The notes under the pieces are model-generated. The model did no database searches. It was given only the letters and a program-made list of their open reading frames with translations, and was not told the origin of the DNA. A DNA stretch of 64,000 nt. Source: Scyliorhinus canicula. Lineage: Eukaryota. A program made the translations under genes and the position numbers. The DNA lies in assembly GCF_902713615.1 (NCBI RefSeq), contig NC_052158.1, forward strand, positions 37,935,729-37,999,728, in the 5' to 3' direction. This document shows positions 38,353 to 50,973 of the stretch, in pieces. Positions within the stretch are counted from its first letter, which is position 1. Each line of letters opens with the position of its first letter.

Positions 38353-41300
38353 CAGTGTTCAGACCCCCTAACCTGGGTCTGCGACACCCTTTGGGCCAAG
38401 TCCAGAAGACTGGTAGTGGCAAGCTCAGTCCGGGGACAACCCATAGAATTTATTTCATAGAACATAGAACATAGAACATAGAACAGTACAGCACAGAACA
38501 GGCCCTTCGGCCCTCGATGTTGTGCCGAGCCATGATCACCCTACTCAAACCCACGTATCCATCCTATACGAGTAACCCAACAAACCCCCCCCCTCCCTTA
38601 ACCTTACTTTTTAGGACACTACGGGCAATTTTTTTCATGGCCAATCCACCTAACCCGCATATCTTTGGACTGTGGGAGGAAACCGGAGAACCCGTAGGAA
38701 ACCCACGCACACACGGGGAGGACGTGCAGACTCCGCACAGACAGTGACCCAGCCAGAAATCGAACCTGGGACCTGGAGCTGTGAAGCATTTATGCTAACC
38801 ACCATGCTACAGTGCTGCCCACTAATGCTACTGTGCTGCCCACAGGAGTGCCCCGCACCACGTTCAATTCAACCAAAATATTTCAGCAATACACATGGCC
38901 CACCACAGACACCATTACTCTCCGCGGTTTTACAGGGCACTTGCAGCAGGGACGCATTACAGTCCCGGTAGCGATTCAGATAGGGAACATTAAAACCAAA
39001 CACCCCGTACTTCTAGACGATCTATCCCAGACAACCGAACACATTTTAGGTATAGATTTTATGAGCTCCCACAATCTATCGTTCGATCCCCTAAACAAAT
39101 GTGTGTGGAAAATGGCTAAGGCAGCATGAGAACCCACCACGCTCACAGTTGGAGACTACGCACACAGAATTAGTGCAGTAGGAGACTTCTGGTTTGCCCC
39201 TCGAGCCATTAGTCAGCACAGAGAAGTTAGGGACATTTTGCAACGACACAAAGCAGCATTTGCCCAGTACAAGCACGACTGTGGCAATATCGCTGGCTTA
39301 GTAAACATTACAGCTCCCGACCCCAAACTCCAAAAGCAGTAAGGTTTTCCCAAAGAAACAGATCAAGAAATCTGAAAGGTTATCCGGAGTTTGCTTGACA
39401 AAGGCGTACTCCGTTCAGGAGCCTCAACAAACAATGCACCAATTTGGCACGTCAGGAAACCCAATGGATCATGGCGACTGACCATCGATTATCAGGAAAT
39501 AAACAAAGTATTCTCAATAGCGGCCCCCACCGTAGCCAGGAGTCCCGAGACAATGCTAAAACAGGGACTCCAGTCAAAAGAATCTCTCGGTTTTGGACAT
39601 TAGCAACGACTTTTGGTCCCCTCCATTGTATAATGCGTGCCAATATAAATTTGCTTTCACCTTCCAGGGACAGCAATACACGTGGACGTACCTTCCACAT
39701 GGCGTACACAACTCCCTCTCCATTTTCCAGTGACAGCTGGCGAATGGGTTAGCCAAATCTTTCCGACACGATTGCCTTGTCCAATATGTTGATGACTTGC
39801 TTCTACAGACAGACACTAAGGGAGAGCATATTTCGCTTCTCACAGAACTATTAGAATTCCTTTAACAAATTAGATGTAAAGTGAAGCCCAAAACGGCCCA
39901 GATTCTCCAGGAAAAAGTAATTTACTTTGGAAAAGTCATCACCCATGGCGGACGCGAGATCGAGGAGAAATGCATCGACTCCATTGTCACATTACCCCTG
40001 CCCCATAATGTCACAGCCCTCCGGTCATTTCTCGGACTGGTTGGCTACTGTAGGATCACATTGACGGTTTTGCCACAAAGGCAGCGCCCCTTTCCGAACT
40101 CCTAAAGAAGCAAGCATCATGGGAATGGCTTCCACAGCACACGGATGTCGTGGATGCATCAAAACGAGCCCTCAGCACAGCCCCCACATTACAGGTCCCA
40201 GATCCACTCTCCTCATACGCAATTGAAGTTACAACCTCCGACCGAACCCTTTCGGCCGTGCTCCTCCAAGAATGACACGATCGTTTAGGACCTGTAGCAT
40301 AGGCCTCAGGAGTACTTGATCCAGTAGAGCAAGGATTTTCTGCCTCCGAAAGGCACCTGCTTGCAGGTTTTTAGGCAGTTCAATAGTTCGCCTACATTAC
40401 ATGACTCAACCCCGTAACCATTTTAATTGAGCACACCCCAACCCAACTTCTTCCAAATGGTAGACTAAAGGATGACAGAGTCAGCCAAATTCGCGCCACC
40501 CAATGGACCCTTATCTGACAGGGACGGGACATTACAGTTAACAGTGCAAAAACACACACTTTCCTCGCAGACAATTTACACTATGCCAACACCCCACATG
40601 CATGTGAAATCATCTCCACCAAGCACAATATAGGACCCTTTGGACGAAAGACAGCCTCACCTGAAACCAGGTACTACACCCCAGAGACACCAGCCCACAG
40701 ACATAGGCACACTCCTAAAGATTTATGTGGATGCCTCCTCCACAGTGTTGAACGATAAGAGGATTACCGGTTGCGGTATATATGTAGAGGACACAGAAGG
40801 ATGCATGTTAGAGGAGATATCCTTGAAACTGCCTGGACATCTAGGCTCACAGGCAGCTGAACTAGCAGCCGTAGTGTATATTGTAGAGCACCCTGACTCG
40901 TTCCCGACCCCAGCTGACATATATTCCGACAGTCTATATGTCTGTAATAGTTTAACAGAATTCCTACCCCTGTGGAAATCTAGAGGTTTCGTTCACGCAG
41001 ATGGAAAAACCACCACCCTCAGCCCCATTACATCAGCATAATCTAAGGGCAGCTCAAGATCGAAAATATGGTATTATCAAAGTTTGTAGCCAGCATTGTT
41101 CTCCCTGCCACCCCCCCCCCCTCCCCACCCCCACCCCCGCCACTCCCGGTAACGTTAAGGCAGACGCTCTAGCAAAGGCAGGTTCCAGACACGGTCACTT
41201 TTGGAATCCCCCTAGAGTGCCCCTGTACACGCGGTCCAAGACTCACAGACCAAAATTCAGGATCTAGCTCAGGCCCAAAAGGAAGACGCTCAGCTCAGGG

Positions 41301-42368
41301 AAGTTTTAAAACACAACTTCCCAGCCCCTTATGATAAATACAAGAACACATTGACGACATATGACGGTGTAATTTTAAAAGAAGGTATTTATGTGGTCCC
41401 CGCCCATGACATAAACCAATTTATCTGCCAATTACCATTAGAGCCATGGATATCAAGGCGTGGAAGCAACCCTCGGCCACCACAGACCTCTCTGCTGGTG
41501 GCCAGATTCGAAATCCAATGTAACGCATTACATGGAAAACTGTTAAATGTGCTGCCAGAACAATCCAGACAGATATGCAAGGAAAGGTCAGCTTAGCCAC
41601 ACAGCTCCATTAATTGCCCCTGGACGAATTTGCAGATTGATTATATAGGACCCCTACCCCACTGCGAGAATCGTTTTAAGTATGTGTTGGTGGTCATCGA
41701 CACTTTCAAAAAAATGGGTGGAAACTTTCCCATCCAGAACGAACACGGCTAAAGCGAAGCCATGATGCTCACTCAGCATACCTTTACAAGGTGGGGTCTT
41801 CCCCACAGCATAGAATCAAAGCAAGGGTCATATTTTATAGGACGAGTGATAAAAAACATCATCACAATTTTCGGAAGCAAACAAGAATTTCACATTGCAT
41901 ATCACCCCAATCAAGCGGAATAGTTGAGAGAATGAATAGGACACTAAAAGCAACCCGATGGAAAATGGTGCAACAGCACAGTAGCACCTGGGACACAGTT
42001 ATCCCCTTTGCACTAATGTTCATAAGGAACAAGGTATCCACGTCGACAGGATACACCCCTTACACCCTCATGACCAGACGACCCATGAAGGGGACAGAAT
42101 ATTTGATAGGACTCGATTTGGCCAGCCTAACGGTCACTGCCCTCATCCATGAGAAAGCAGTTCAGGAGATTATCGATAATGTAAATACCGCCCATTTCGC
42201 TGCAGCTGTTAGGCTTGAGACACGAAAGAAGCAAAGTAAAGTTTGCTGTGACAAAACAGTACATGCCACAAAATTTGTAGTAGGACAGCAGGTTATGTCA
42301 TCACTACAGCAGCTCAGTTCATTCCTTTCCCCCAAATTTGCAGGACCCTACTACATTTTTGATAAAGT
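38353..42368 (+). pseudogene. pol: pol of copy A (PR-RT-tether-RH-IN, degenerate; IN C-terminus resumes at 55381)
   Basis: NNAPIWHVRKPNGSWRLTIDYQ, QYVDD, IYVDASS..SQAAELAA..IYSDSLYV, SGIVERMNRTLK, FAGPY. Confidence 0.85.
38456..38841 (-). mobile_element. HE1-type SINE inserted at the protease active site of copy A
   Basis: The insertion splits IEFI|(WD)|TG, where copies B and C read LWDTG. Confidence 0.85.
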
Positions 42369-42837
42369 TCATCTTGCAGGCTTGAACATCTTCCGAGGCC
42401 CTTGGAGACCTTTTGTACTGACCCGACCTTACCTCGGCGGCCTGGAAGACGATCGGGACCAACCGGAAGTGAAGCCCTGACCTCGATTTGGAGTCGACAC
42501 GGACCTCGGAGCTCCAAACCCGGCCTAACTACCGACGCCATTCCCCGGAGCGCCTGGCCAAGTCCTCAGAGCTCCCGACACGACCTCCGATGGCAAGACC
42601 TGTCCGAACGCGACTTCGAAAGACCCGCCCAGCGTCACGATCCAGAGAGACCCACCCAGCAACCCGACTGACCTGGTGATGGAAGAAAGAAAAATCTACG
42701 TGGAGGCCCGACCGGGCCTGCTTCAAGATCCGACCCAGGAGCGCCCAGGGAGGGTACAGACCATGGGACCCAGCCCAACCTGCCTCAGGAAGCCCCTGCC
42801 CATGACCCAGGACCCAGAAACGCCGGAGACAGCGCAA

Positions 42838-43802
42838 TGTAGCCATCAAAGATGGACACCAGTCTACAAAATGGAGAACCACAAAGAATGCCGGGAAAAA
42901 CAGGCATAGTAAGGACACACAGCTTGCAGAATCATTTAGCATTTTTCACGTACAAAACCGGTTTCAAGGCAGTTGCAGAAACTCAGCCAAAGGTGCAAAT
43001 AGGAAAGCGATCTGCATACTAATGAGGTGATACCGGCCCAGTCCCAGACACAATAGAAACGTTTTATGTATCAATCGATACTTTTCTATAGCTACCCAGC
43101 CAGGATGGTACCAAAGAAACCAGAACAATGACCCCTAAGAGCCGCCCCAGCCATCAAGAAACGACCCCAGGATAGGGGAGTTCAAAACGTATCAATCGGG
43201 AAAGACCCAATCGATGAGGGAACCGCCCCAAGGGGGCCTGGACCTCCTGGGACCTATAAAAAGAAGGTCCCGCACATGATTCTGTCTGTTGCATCCTGAC
43301 TCCGGCCTAGGCTGTTGCATCCTGACTCCGGCCTCCGACTCCAGCCTCCAGATCCTGTCTTTCATCACCGGCCGTTGAGCATCAGCCATCTATCAGTAAG
43401 TGCCCAAAAGAACGATCGCTACGTGACCCAGGCATTGCTTATACTCTTGCCGACTTTAATAACCAGAAGTTGCAGACCAAGAACGGGATGAAGGCTTTGC
43501 CCCCTGACCTTGCCCGTTCCTTTCTAGATAAGTATTTAGTCGTTTAATGGTAGAAATAAGTATGAGTCTTTTAGCGTGTGCATGAGTATTTATTATATTT
43601 GTTATAATGAACACTAATTGTTTGGACTTACTGATCGGTGTTTAGATTTATTGCTTTGAACTTGACCTTGATAACTTGTGACGGTGTCTCTTACGGCACC
43701 TGGCGACTCCAGAGCATAGATACAGTACAGAGCCAAACCAGTGTTAAGCACATGTCCTTTATTGGAGGCATGTTAATCACACTAACAGTAGAACGAGCAA
43801 CA
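42838..43802 (+). repeat. 5' LTR of copy B
   Basis: Direct repeat of 51709-52674; TG..CA ends; TATA (CTATAAAA near 43254); internal tandem repeat CTGTTGCATCCTGACTCCGGCCT x2. Confidence 0.95.
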
Positions 43803-43807
43803 TTTAG

Positions 43808-43831
43808 TGGCGACATCCTGACGGGACACGA
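43808..43831 (+). promoter_or_regulatory. Primer binding site of copy B (tRNA-Arg-like, bulged)
   Basis: TGGCGACATCCTGACGGGACACGA, 5 nt after the LTR end. Confidence 0.6.
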
Positions 43832-44115
43832 TTAGAAGTGGCACCCCCACTCCGTGAGAACCCCAGAAATTTGAATTAGAAATCTGATTGGAAAAAAAAG
43901 GAAAAATCACAAGTGGTCAAGGTGTTCAAACCATTAACGATAATTGGGAAGTGTGTTTTGTGCATGTGTACTAACAGGGTTGTAAGGCAAACTGAGAGCT
44001 TTTTTTGTTGCGACGAACTTTCAAGAATTTTTAAGCGGAACATAGCGAAAGCCTTACCCGTCTTTTAAAATATTACCTCAACACCCCCTGTTCCAAATTA
44101 AGACAGGAGGAGGAA

Positions 44116-45854
44116 ATGGCCATGCAGGCAACGGAACGCCTCATGAACTCAGAGCAGTTCTTGTTCGCAGCGACCAGCAGAGTAGGTCAGTTTCCCGTGT
44201 GGGAGCTGGAACTCCGCAAGTATCTGAAATGGAAAGGATGGCCCCTTTGGAATGAGTTTAGTATGAATGAGGAGACAGGTCCCGAGAGTATAGGACATAC
44301 TTGGTGGGAGAACCTCTCTCAAATTCATAAGAAAAATCCGAGTAAAGCACGCAAGCCGATGGCAATCGTGTCCTGCTTGGTACAGTTGCGAGGCACTGAG
44401 GAGGTCGTTCGGAAGCTCCGGGCAGAGTTTGAAGAGAGGAATAGAATGAGTAAAGTGGATGTCAGGGACATCGAGAAGGAAAACTTAGAAATAAGAGGGA
44501 AGCTGGCAGAGAAGGGTAGAGAGGTGGATGATGCCAAGAGGGCACATCAGTCGTGTCTAGCCCATCTGAGCAGTTCCCAGACCCAATACGAAAAAGCCTA
44601 TCAATATGTGCAACGTGCAGTCCTGATAAGTGAGGAATCGGAAAAGCAGGTAGAGGCATTGCAGAGGCAATGCTCTGACCTAAAGGCAGCTTTAAGAGCA
44701 CTCCATGCTGCCACTACTGAGCAAAGACAGAGCACAGTAGACCATGCAAAATGCAGAAAGCAGATTGCGGAGCTGCAATCGCTGCTTTCAGTGCAGAATG
44801 GGTTCCAAAGCACTTTTGGAACGCAGTTAGATGAGGAGAATGCCCCAGACTGGCAGGAACTGAGTGAGACACTGCAGCGCTATGTTCAAAGAACATGTGC
44901 AACAGCAGCGCAGCAGAAAAGGAAAGCACCCCAACACCCCACAGATCAGATAGCATCCGCACCTATGAACCCAGTCACCACCCAAAGAAAGGCAACCACA
45001 GACGGCGCACCCGATATCACCTACACCACCCCCTTAACTGTAACGCATCTCAGGGACGCGTGTGAGAAAATCACTCCATTTCTCCCCACCGCAGACCCCC
45101 ACCAATTTTTCGCAAATGTTAAAGTGCAGGCTACCACGTACGGCCTGGACGATAGAGAGCAGGTTAAGCTCACGGTTCTGAGCTTAGACCCATCCGTAGT
45201 AGCAGCCCTCCACGACCCATAGAACGTTGGAGGAGGCACACTAGAGGAAATGCACACCTCCATTTTAGATGCAATAGGGTATAACAGAGGAGACCCAGTT
45301 GAAAGACTAAATAAATGCAGACAAAAGAGAACAGAGCATCCCACAGCATTTGCAGGAAGGCTGTGGATCCATTTCACTGAAGTTTTTGGCGAATTAGACC
45401 GAGCGCATTAAACCGTGACAACATGGTTAAATGGTCGCGCACCATAATCTCCCATGCCACAGATGCAGGACAGAGTACTTGCAATAGTTACGACCACTCA
45501 GAGGAGGCCCATAACGTGAAACGGGTTCTGGAAAGATTGCCCCGCGCTTGGGAACAATCGGTTCAGGGCAAAATTAAAATAAAGACCCAAGATGAAGCTC
45601 AGGCTGCAGCGGATATTCAGGCAGTGAGAGCGCACCAAAACCCCGCATGGGTAAACAAAGGGAAGAACAGCCCTCCACAGAAGTCGCAGGAATGCTACAA
45701 CTGTGGTCAGTTAGGACATTTTGCTAAGGAATGCAATGCACCCCAAAGATCACAGAGAGGCCAGCAGACAGGCACTCTGAACAGAACTAGAGCGAAGCCT
45801 ATTCACAGTTTAGGAATACAGTCAGGACAGACCAATGTGGACAGAACGGACTGA
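44116..45854 (+). pseudogene. gag: gag of copy B (coiled-coil N-half, capsid, single CCHC knuckle); one premature stop (45220) and a frameshift (~45410)
   Basis: ORFs 44116-45222 and 45423-45854; MHR-like CRQKRTEHPTAFAGRLW; CYNCGQLGHFAKEC. Confidence 0.88.
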
Positions 45855-48800
45855 CGGTGCTCGGGCTCCCCCACTTGGGTCTGTGACACCCTCTGGGACC
45901 AATCCGGGAGGCCGGTAATCACAGCAAAGTTTCGAGGGAAGCCCTTAGAGTTACTTTGGGACACAGGAGGGTCCCGCGCCACAATTAATTCCACCACCAC
46001 GGCACAGGCAGACACGTGGCCGACCACATCCACCATTACACTCAGCGGTTTTACAGGACACTCACAGCAGGGACACATTACAGCCCTCGTAGCAATTCAG
46101 CTAGGGAACATCTCCACCAGACACACCGTTGTATTAGTTAATCTGCCCTGTACAGCAGAACACATAATGGGTATAGATTTCATGAATGCCCATAGACTGT
46201 CGTTCGATCCAGTAAACCAGTGTGCCTGGCGAATGGCAAAATCAGACAGAGCACCCGCTACTCTCACAGTAGGAGAGTATGCAAATTGGATTAGCGCAGT
46301 AGGCGACTATTGTTTCGACCCGACCACGCTTAGCACGGACAAACAGGTTAGGACAGTTCTGAATAAACACAGGACAGCATTTGCCAGTCACCGGCATGAC
46401 TGCGGCAGAATGACTGGACAAGTTCAAGTTACCGGACCTGACCCCCGACCACAGAAACAGTACCGATTTCCCCTAGAAGCAGAGGGAGAGATTGGAAAGG
46501 TTATAGATAGCTTATTGGAGCAAGGTGGACTTAGGACAGTAGCCTCGACCAATAATGCTCCTATTTGGCCAGTGAGAAAGCCCGACAGATCATGGCGTCT
46601 GACCATCGATTATCGGGAGCTCAACAAAGTAACCCCAGCAGTAGCCCCCATGGTAGCAACAAGTCCCGAGATCATGCTCAAACAGGGACTCCACTCCAAA
46701 TATTTCACGGTATTGGACATCAGCAATGGCATCTGGTCAATCTCATTGGCAAAGGCGTGCAAGTACAAATTTGCCTTCACATTTAAAGGACGGCAGTATA
46801 CGTGGACATGCCTCCCACAAGGATTCCACAATTCACCCTCCATTTTCCACCGACAGCTGGTAAATGGTTTAGCAAACTTTTCCCGCCCCGAATGTCTGGT
46901 ACTGTATGTGGACGACCTATTACTGCAGACAGAAACAAAGGCAGAGCACATTACGCTTCTGGCCGAGCTCCTGCAACTTTTAACCTCGATCGGATGCAAA
47001 GTTAACCCCAGAAAGGCCCAGATATTAGAAAACAAAGTGATGCATTTGGGTACAGTCATCACGCACGGCAAACGCGAGATCGAATTCAAAAGGATTGATT
47101 CGGTTGTCAAATTGCCCCTTCCCCAGAATGTTTCAGCCCTCCGGTCGTTTTTAGCACTGGTTGGTTACTGTCGGAACCATATCGATGGTTCTGCGACAAA
47201 GGCAGCCCCACTCTCAGACCTCCTTAAGAAAGGAGCGCCATGGGAATGGCTTCCGCAGCTGACAGAAGCTATGGAAGCATTAAAGAAAGCCCCCAGCGCA
47301 GCACCTGCGCTACAAGTCCCAGACCAACTCTCCCCCTATGCAATAGAGGTAGCGAGCACAGATCTGACCCTCTCGGCCGTGCTACTCCAGGAACGGCACG
47401 AGCAGCTAAGACCAGTGGCTTATGTCTCCAGACTTTTAGACCCCATCGAGCTAGGATTTTCAGCCTGCAAGAGGCACCTCCTAGCAGTTTTTTGGGCAGT
47501 TCAGTACTTCGCGTACATTACCGGACTCAATCCCATCACCATTTTGACCGAGCACACCCCCACACAGTTACTTTTAGATGGTCGACTGAAGGACGGTTCA
47601 GTGAGCCAGATAAGAGCAGCTAGATGGACGTTACTGTTACAAGGACGGGACATAACAGTTAAACGGACCAGGACACACACATTTTTAGCCGACAACCTCC
47701 AATATCCAGGACAGCCCTATGAATGCGAATTGTAACACCCCTACACAAAACAGGACCCTTCATAGCAAAGACACCCCCCAGAAAGATAGGGAATTCAAGC
47801 CAGAGCCCCCAGCACACAGACACATGTGACCCACTGAAAATATATGTGGACAGTTCATCCACAGTTTTAGATGGAGAACGCATCACTGGATGCGGGATTT
47901 ATGTTGAGGATGTGCAGAGTCGCGCATTAGAAGAAATCTCTTTAAAATTACAAGGACACTTATGCGTGCAGGCAGCAGAGCTCGCGGCCATCGCATACAT
48001 AGTGGACCACCCAGATTCGTTTCCCAGCCCGGCAGACATATATTCGGACAGTTTGTATGTCTGTAACAGTTTAACAGATTTTCTACCCCTGTGGAGGACA
48101 CGAGGTTTTGTCTCCGCAGACGGGAAGCCCCTTCCATCAGCCCCATGACTCCACCATATCTTAGACAAGGCAAAGGATAGGGCGTATGGCATAATCAAAG
48201 TTAGAAGTCACCATAGGTCACCCCCTCTGGAAATGTAAAAGCCGACACACTGGCAAAAGCAGGTTCCAGGCGAGGGCACTTTTGGACACCCCCAGCTAGC
48301 GCACCAGCCAGCGCCCCTGTGAGTGCAGTTCAGGTCTCACGACGGAAATTAAAGATTTAGTTGAGGCACAGAAACAGGATAGAGATCTCAGGGAGATTTT
48401 TAAAGGAAATTTTGTGCACCAATACGATAAGTTCAGACACGCTTTGACCACACATGAGGGTGTGATAATTAAGGATAAACTTTATGTGGTTCCGGAACAG
48501 GATAGGAATCAGATGATTGCCTTGTTCCATGACAGTCATGGACACCAAGGGATCGACCCGACCACAAGACACCTCAGGCAACTCTGTTGGTGGCCAAATT
48601 TAAGAAACGATGTAACAAATTACATCGAGAATTGCCTAATTTGTGCACAAAATAACCCGGAGTGGTACTCGAAAAAGGCACAACTTAGACATACTCGACC
48701 AGTTGATGGCCCCTAGACTAACCTCCAGATCGATATTATAGGACCATTCCCCCCTTGTAGGAATGGCTATAAATATGTTCTGGTCGTTATAGACACCTTT

Positions 48801-50083
48801 ACCAAATGGGTAGAGGCATTCCCCTCACAAACCAATACAGCTAAGACAGCTGCAAATATCCTGACCCACCACATCTTCACGAGATGGGGTCTCCCGAGAA
48901 GTATAGAATCAGATCAGGGATCTCGCTTCACAAGACGGGTCATGAAGAACGTTCTGACAATATTTGGCATTAAACAACATTTCCACATTGCGTACCACCC
49001 CCAGTCAAGTGGGATAGTCGAACGCATGAATCGGACCCTAAAATCGACCCTTAGAAAAATGGTTCAGGAGAACAATTCAACATGGGATTCAGTACTCCGA
49101 TTTGCACTCATGTTCATCTGCAACACGGTTTCATCATCCACAGGATTCACCCCATACACACTCATGACCGGAAGCCCTATGAAAGGTACAGAACTCCTTT
49201 TAGGACTGGACATGCTAGACCCAAAGTGACGGCCCTCACACATGAGAAGGCAGTCAAAGATTTAGTTGAGACTGTGAGGTCTGCACAGTTAGCAGCCGCA
49301 GTAAAATTGGGAAAAAGATGAAAACAAAGCACAGCTTGCTTTAATAAGAATGTACACCCCACAGAATTTCAGGTTGAACAACAGGTAATGTTATCTGTTT
49401 ATAACCCCAGCAGCTTTTTGGCACCTACATTTTCCGGCTCGTATTCAATTTCGGACAAAATTAGCCCCTCCGTTTACAGAATAAAATACCCCAACGGTAA
49501 GATTGCGTGGTTTCATATTAACCAACTGAAGATATATGGAACACAGTCTAACCACACACACCATGTCCTGCTAGACGCAGTAGAACATCTCGCCCCGACC
49601 CCTATAGACACATTTCCACCATCCCCCTCACAGACCAGTTCCTCATCGGACTCGCCCACGACTCTGTCCACTGACTTCAGACCACGCCCCGAAACGCCCA
49701 CAAGCTGCCACAGCAGAGACAGCGACACTGACTCAGACAATGAGGACAGCCACAGCACCCAACCCTACAGCCCCCACTGTAGCAACTACGACCCCGACTC
49801 CAGTGACCCCATGGTGGTCACCTACGTTAAACACCCAGACCCACCACCCGACCCCAACGACCCCAACAGTGCCCCATCAAACTTAGATACCACACTTTGG
49901 CACAGGGACAATTCATGGAGACTTGTCCGTAATGATGAGAGTGACCCCCAGTCACATAACGGACAGATCGCATGCCTGATCCATACAAGAGTATGGGATC
50001 CGGGAGAAAAGGAAGACTTGATGTCTGACTCCCGGTACGGCAACCCCTTTGTGACCCTGTTCACAGAGAGAGAGGAGAAGTGA
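45855..50083 (+). pseudogene. pol: pol of copy B: protease, RT, degenerate RNase H (tether), RNase H, integrase with long C-terminal tail
   Basis: LLWDTGGS (DTG 45960-45968), LPQGFHNSP, YVDD, IYVD.SS/AAELAA/IYSDS/GNVKAD, HDSHGH..CLIC, LQID/SDQG/VERMN. A few stops and frameshifts. Confidence 0.92.
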
Positions 50084-50973
50084 GGTGTCCAGATGATGTA
50101 AAAGAGGAACCACTTGAGGGAAGCGATATCCTTTCTAATGGAACCTGCACGTATGTTTTGTTTGTTTGTGTTTGTTTGTTGCTGATATGTTAAGGGTTTG
50201 ATTGGAGATCAGATCACAGTCTTTTCAGCTGAAAAACTTGTGACCGCCTGGCACACACGTTAGCTTGTCTGCAGAAACTTCTGAGAACTACTGTTAGATA
50301 TCCTCTGGTGAACCGACAAAGTTCACGACTTGTAATCTGTTTTCAGATGTTGGAGCACCTTGGCTCCTCCCTTGTTTTTCAGGTGCCCCTCTATTCTGTG
50401 AATAGAATCTGCAATTCCACGATGAATACATTCATACCCGTTCATTTCAGGTTGCTCAGGCAGTGGAGAAACGGCATTGAGGACCCGCCCTGTCTGAGAA
50501 CCCCTTTGGTCATCCTAGCTCGGGTACGGCACAGCATGCCTTACCTGGGGATCCCATACAAATCTTACCCGTAGCGGCCCATACGGAACTCATTCGGCCT
50601 TTTCGTTTGAAATTTGGTTTCATTTTTCTTGAGGTAGCCCTTCGGCAGCCATCCCACGTGCTATTTACATCCAGGAACATTCGGATGGTAAATAACAAAA
50701 CCTGCGAGACGGCTCGCAGTGGTAAAGTTGTTAGGTGTGCATCCGCTCCTAAATTCGCATTTGAAAAAAAAAATGAGGGGAGTCACAGGGTGTGACTTGG
50801 CCATTAATTTAATGGCCAATTGGAATGAGAGGACAGATACACTAACAGTACAGATATTAAACTGTGTATTGACAGATACTGTGCTTGATCCCATAGCTTT
50901 CGAACAGTCAAAGGAGGGTTCACGGCAAGGATCGGCCCTACAAAGGAAGAGAAGGAAGAGAACAAAGAAGACC

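Noticed and set aside
43192-43389. Antisense ORF repeated in both B LTRs (also 52006-52260)
   Set aside because: The repetition simply reflects LTR identity; no motif and no counterpart in LTR A.
50719-50973. N-terminal extension of ORF 50719-51114 from a GTG start
   Set aside because: Overlaps the hairpin/acceptor region and is not conserved as protein in copy A; homology starts at ATG 50974.
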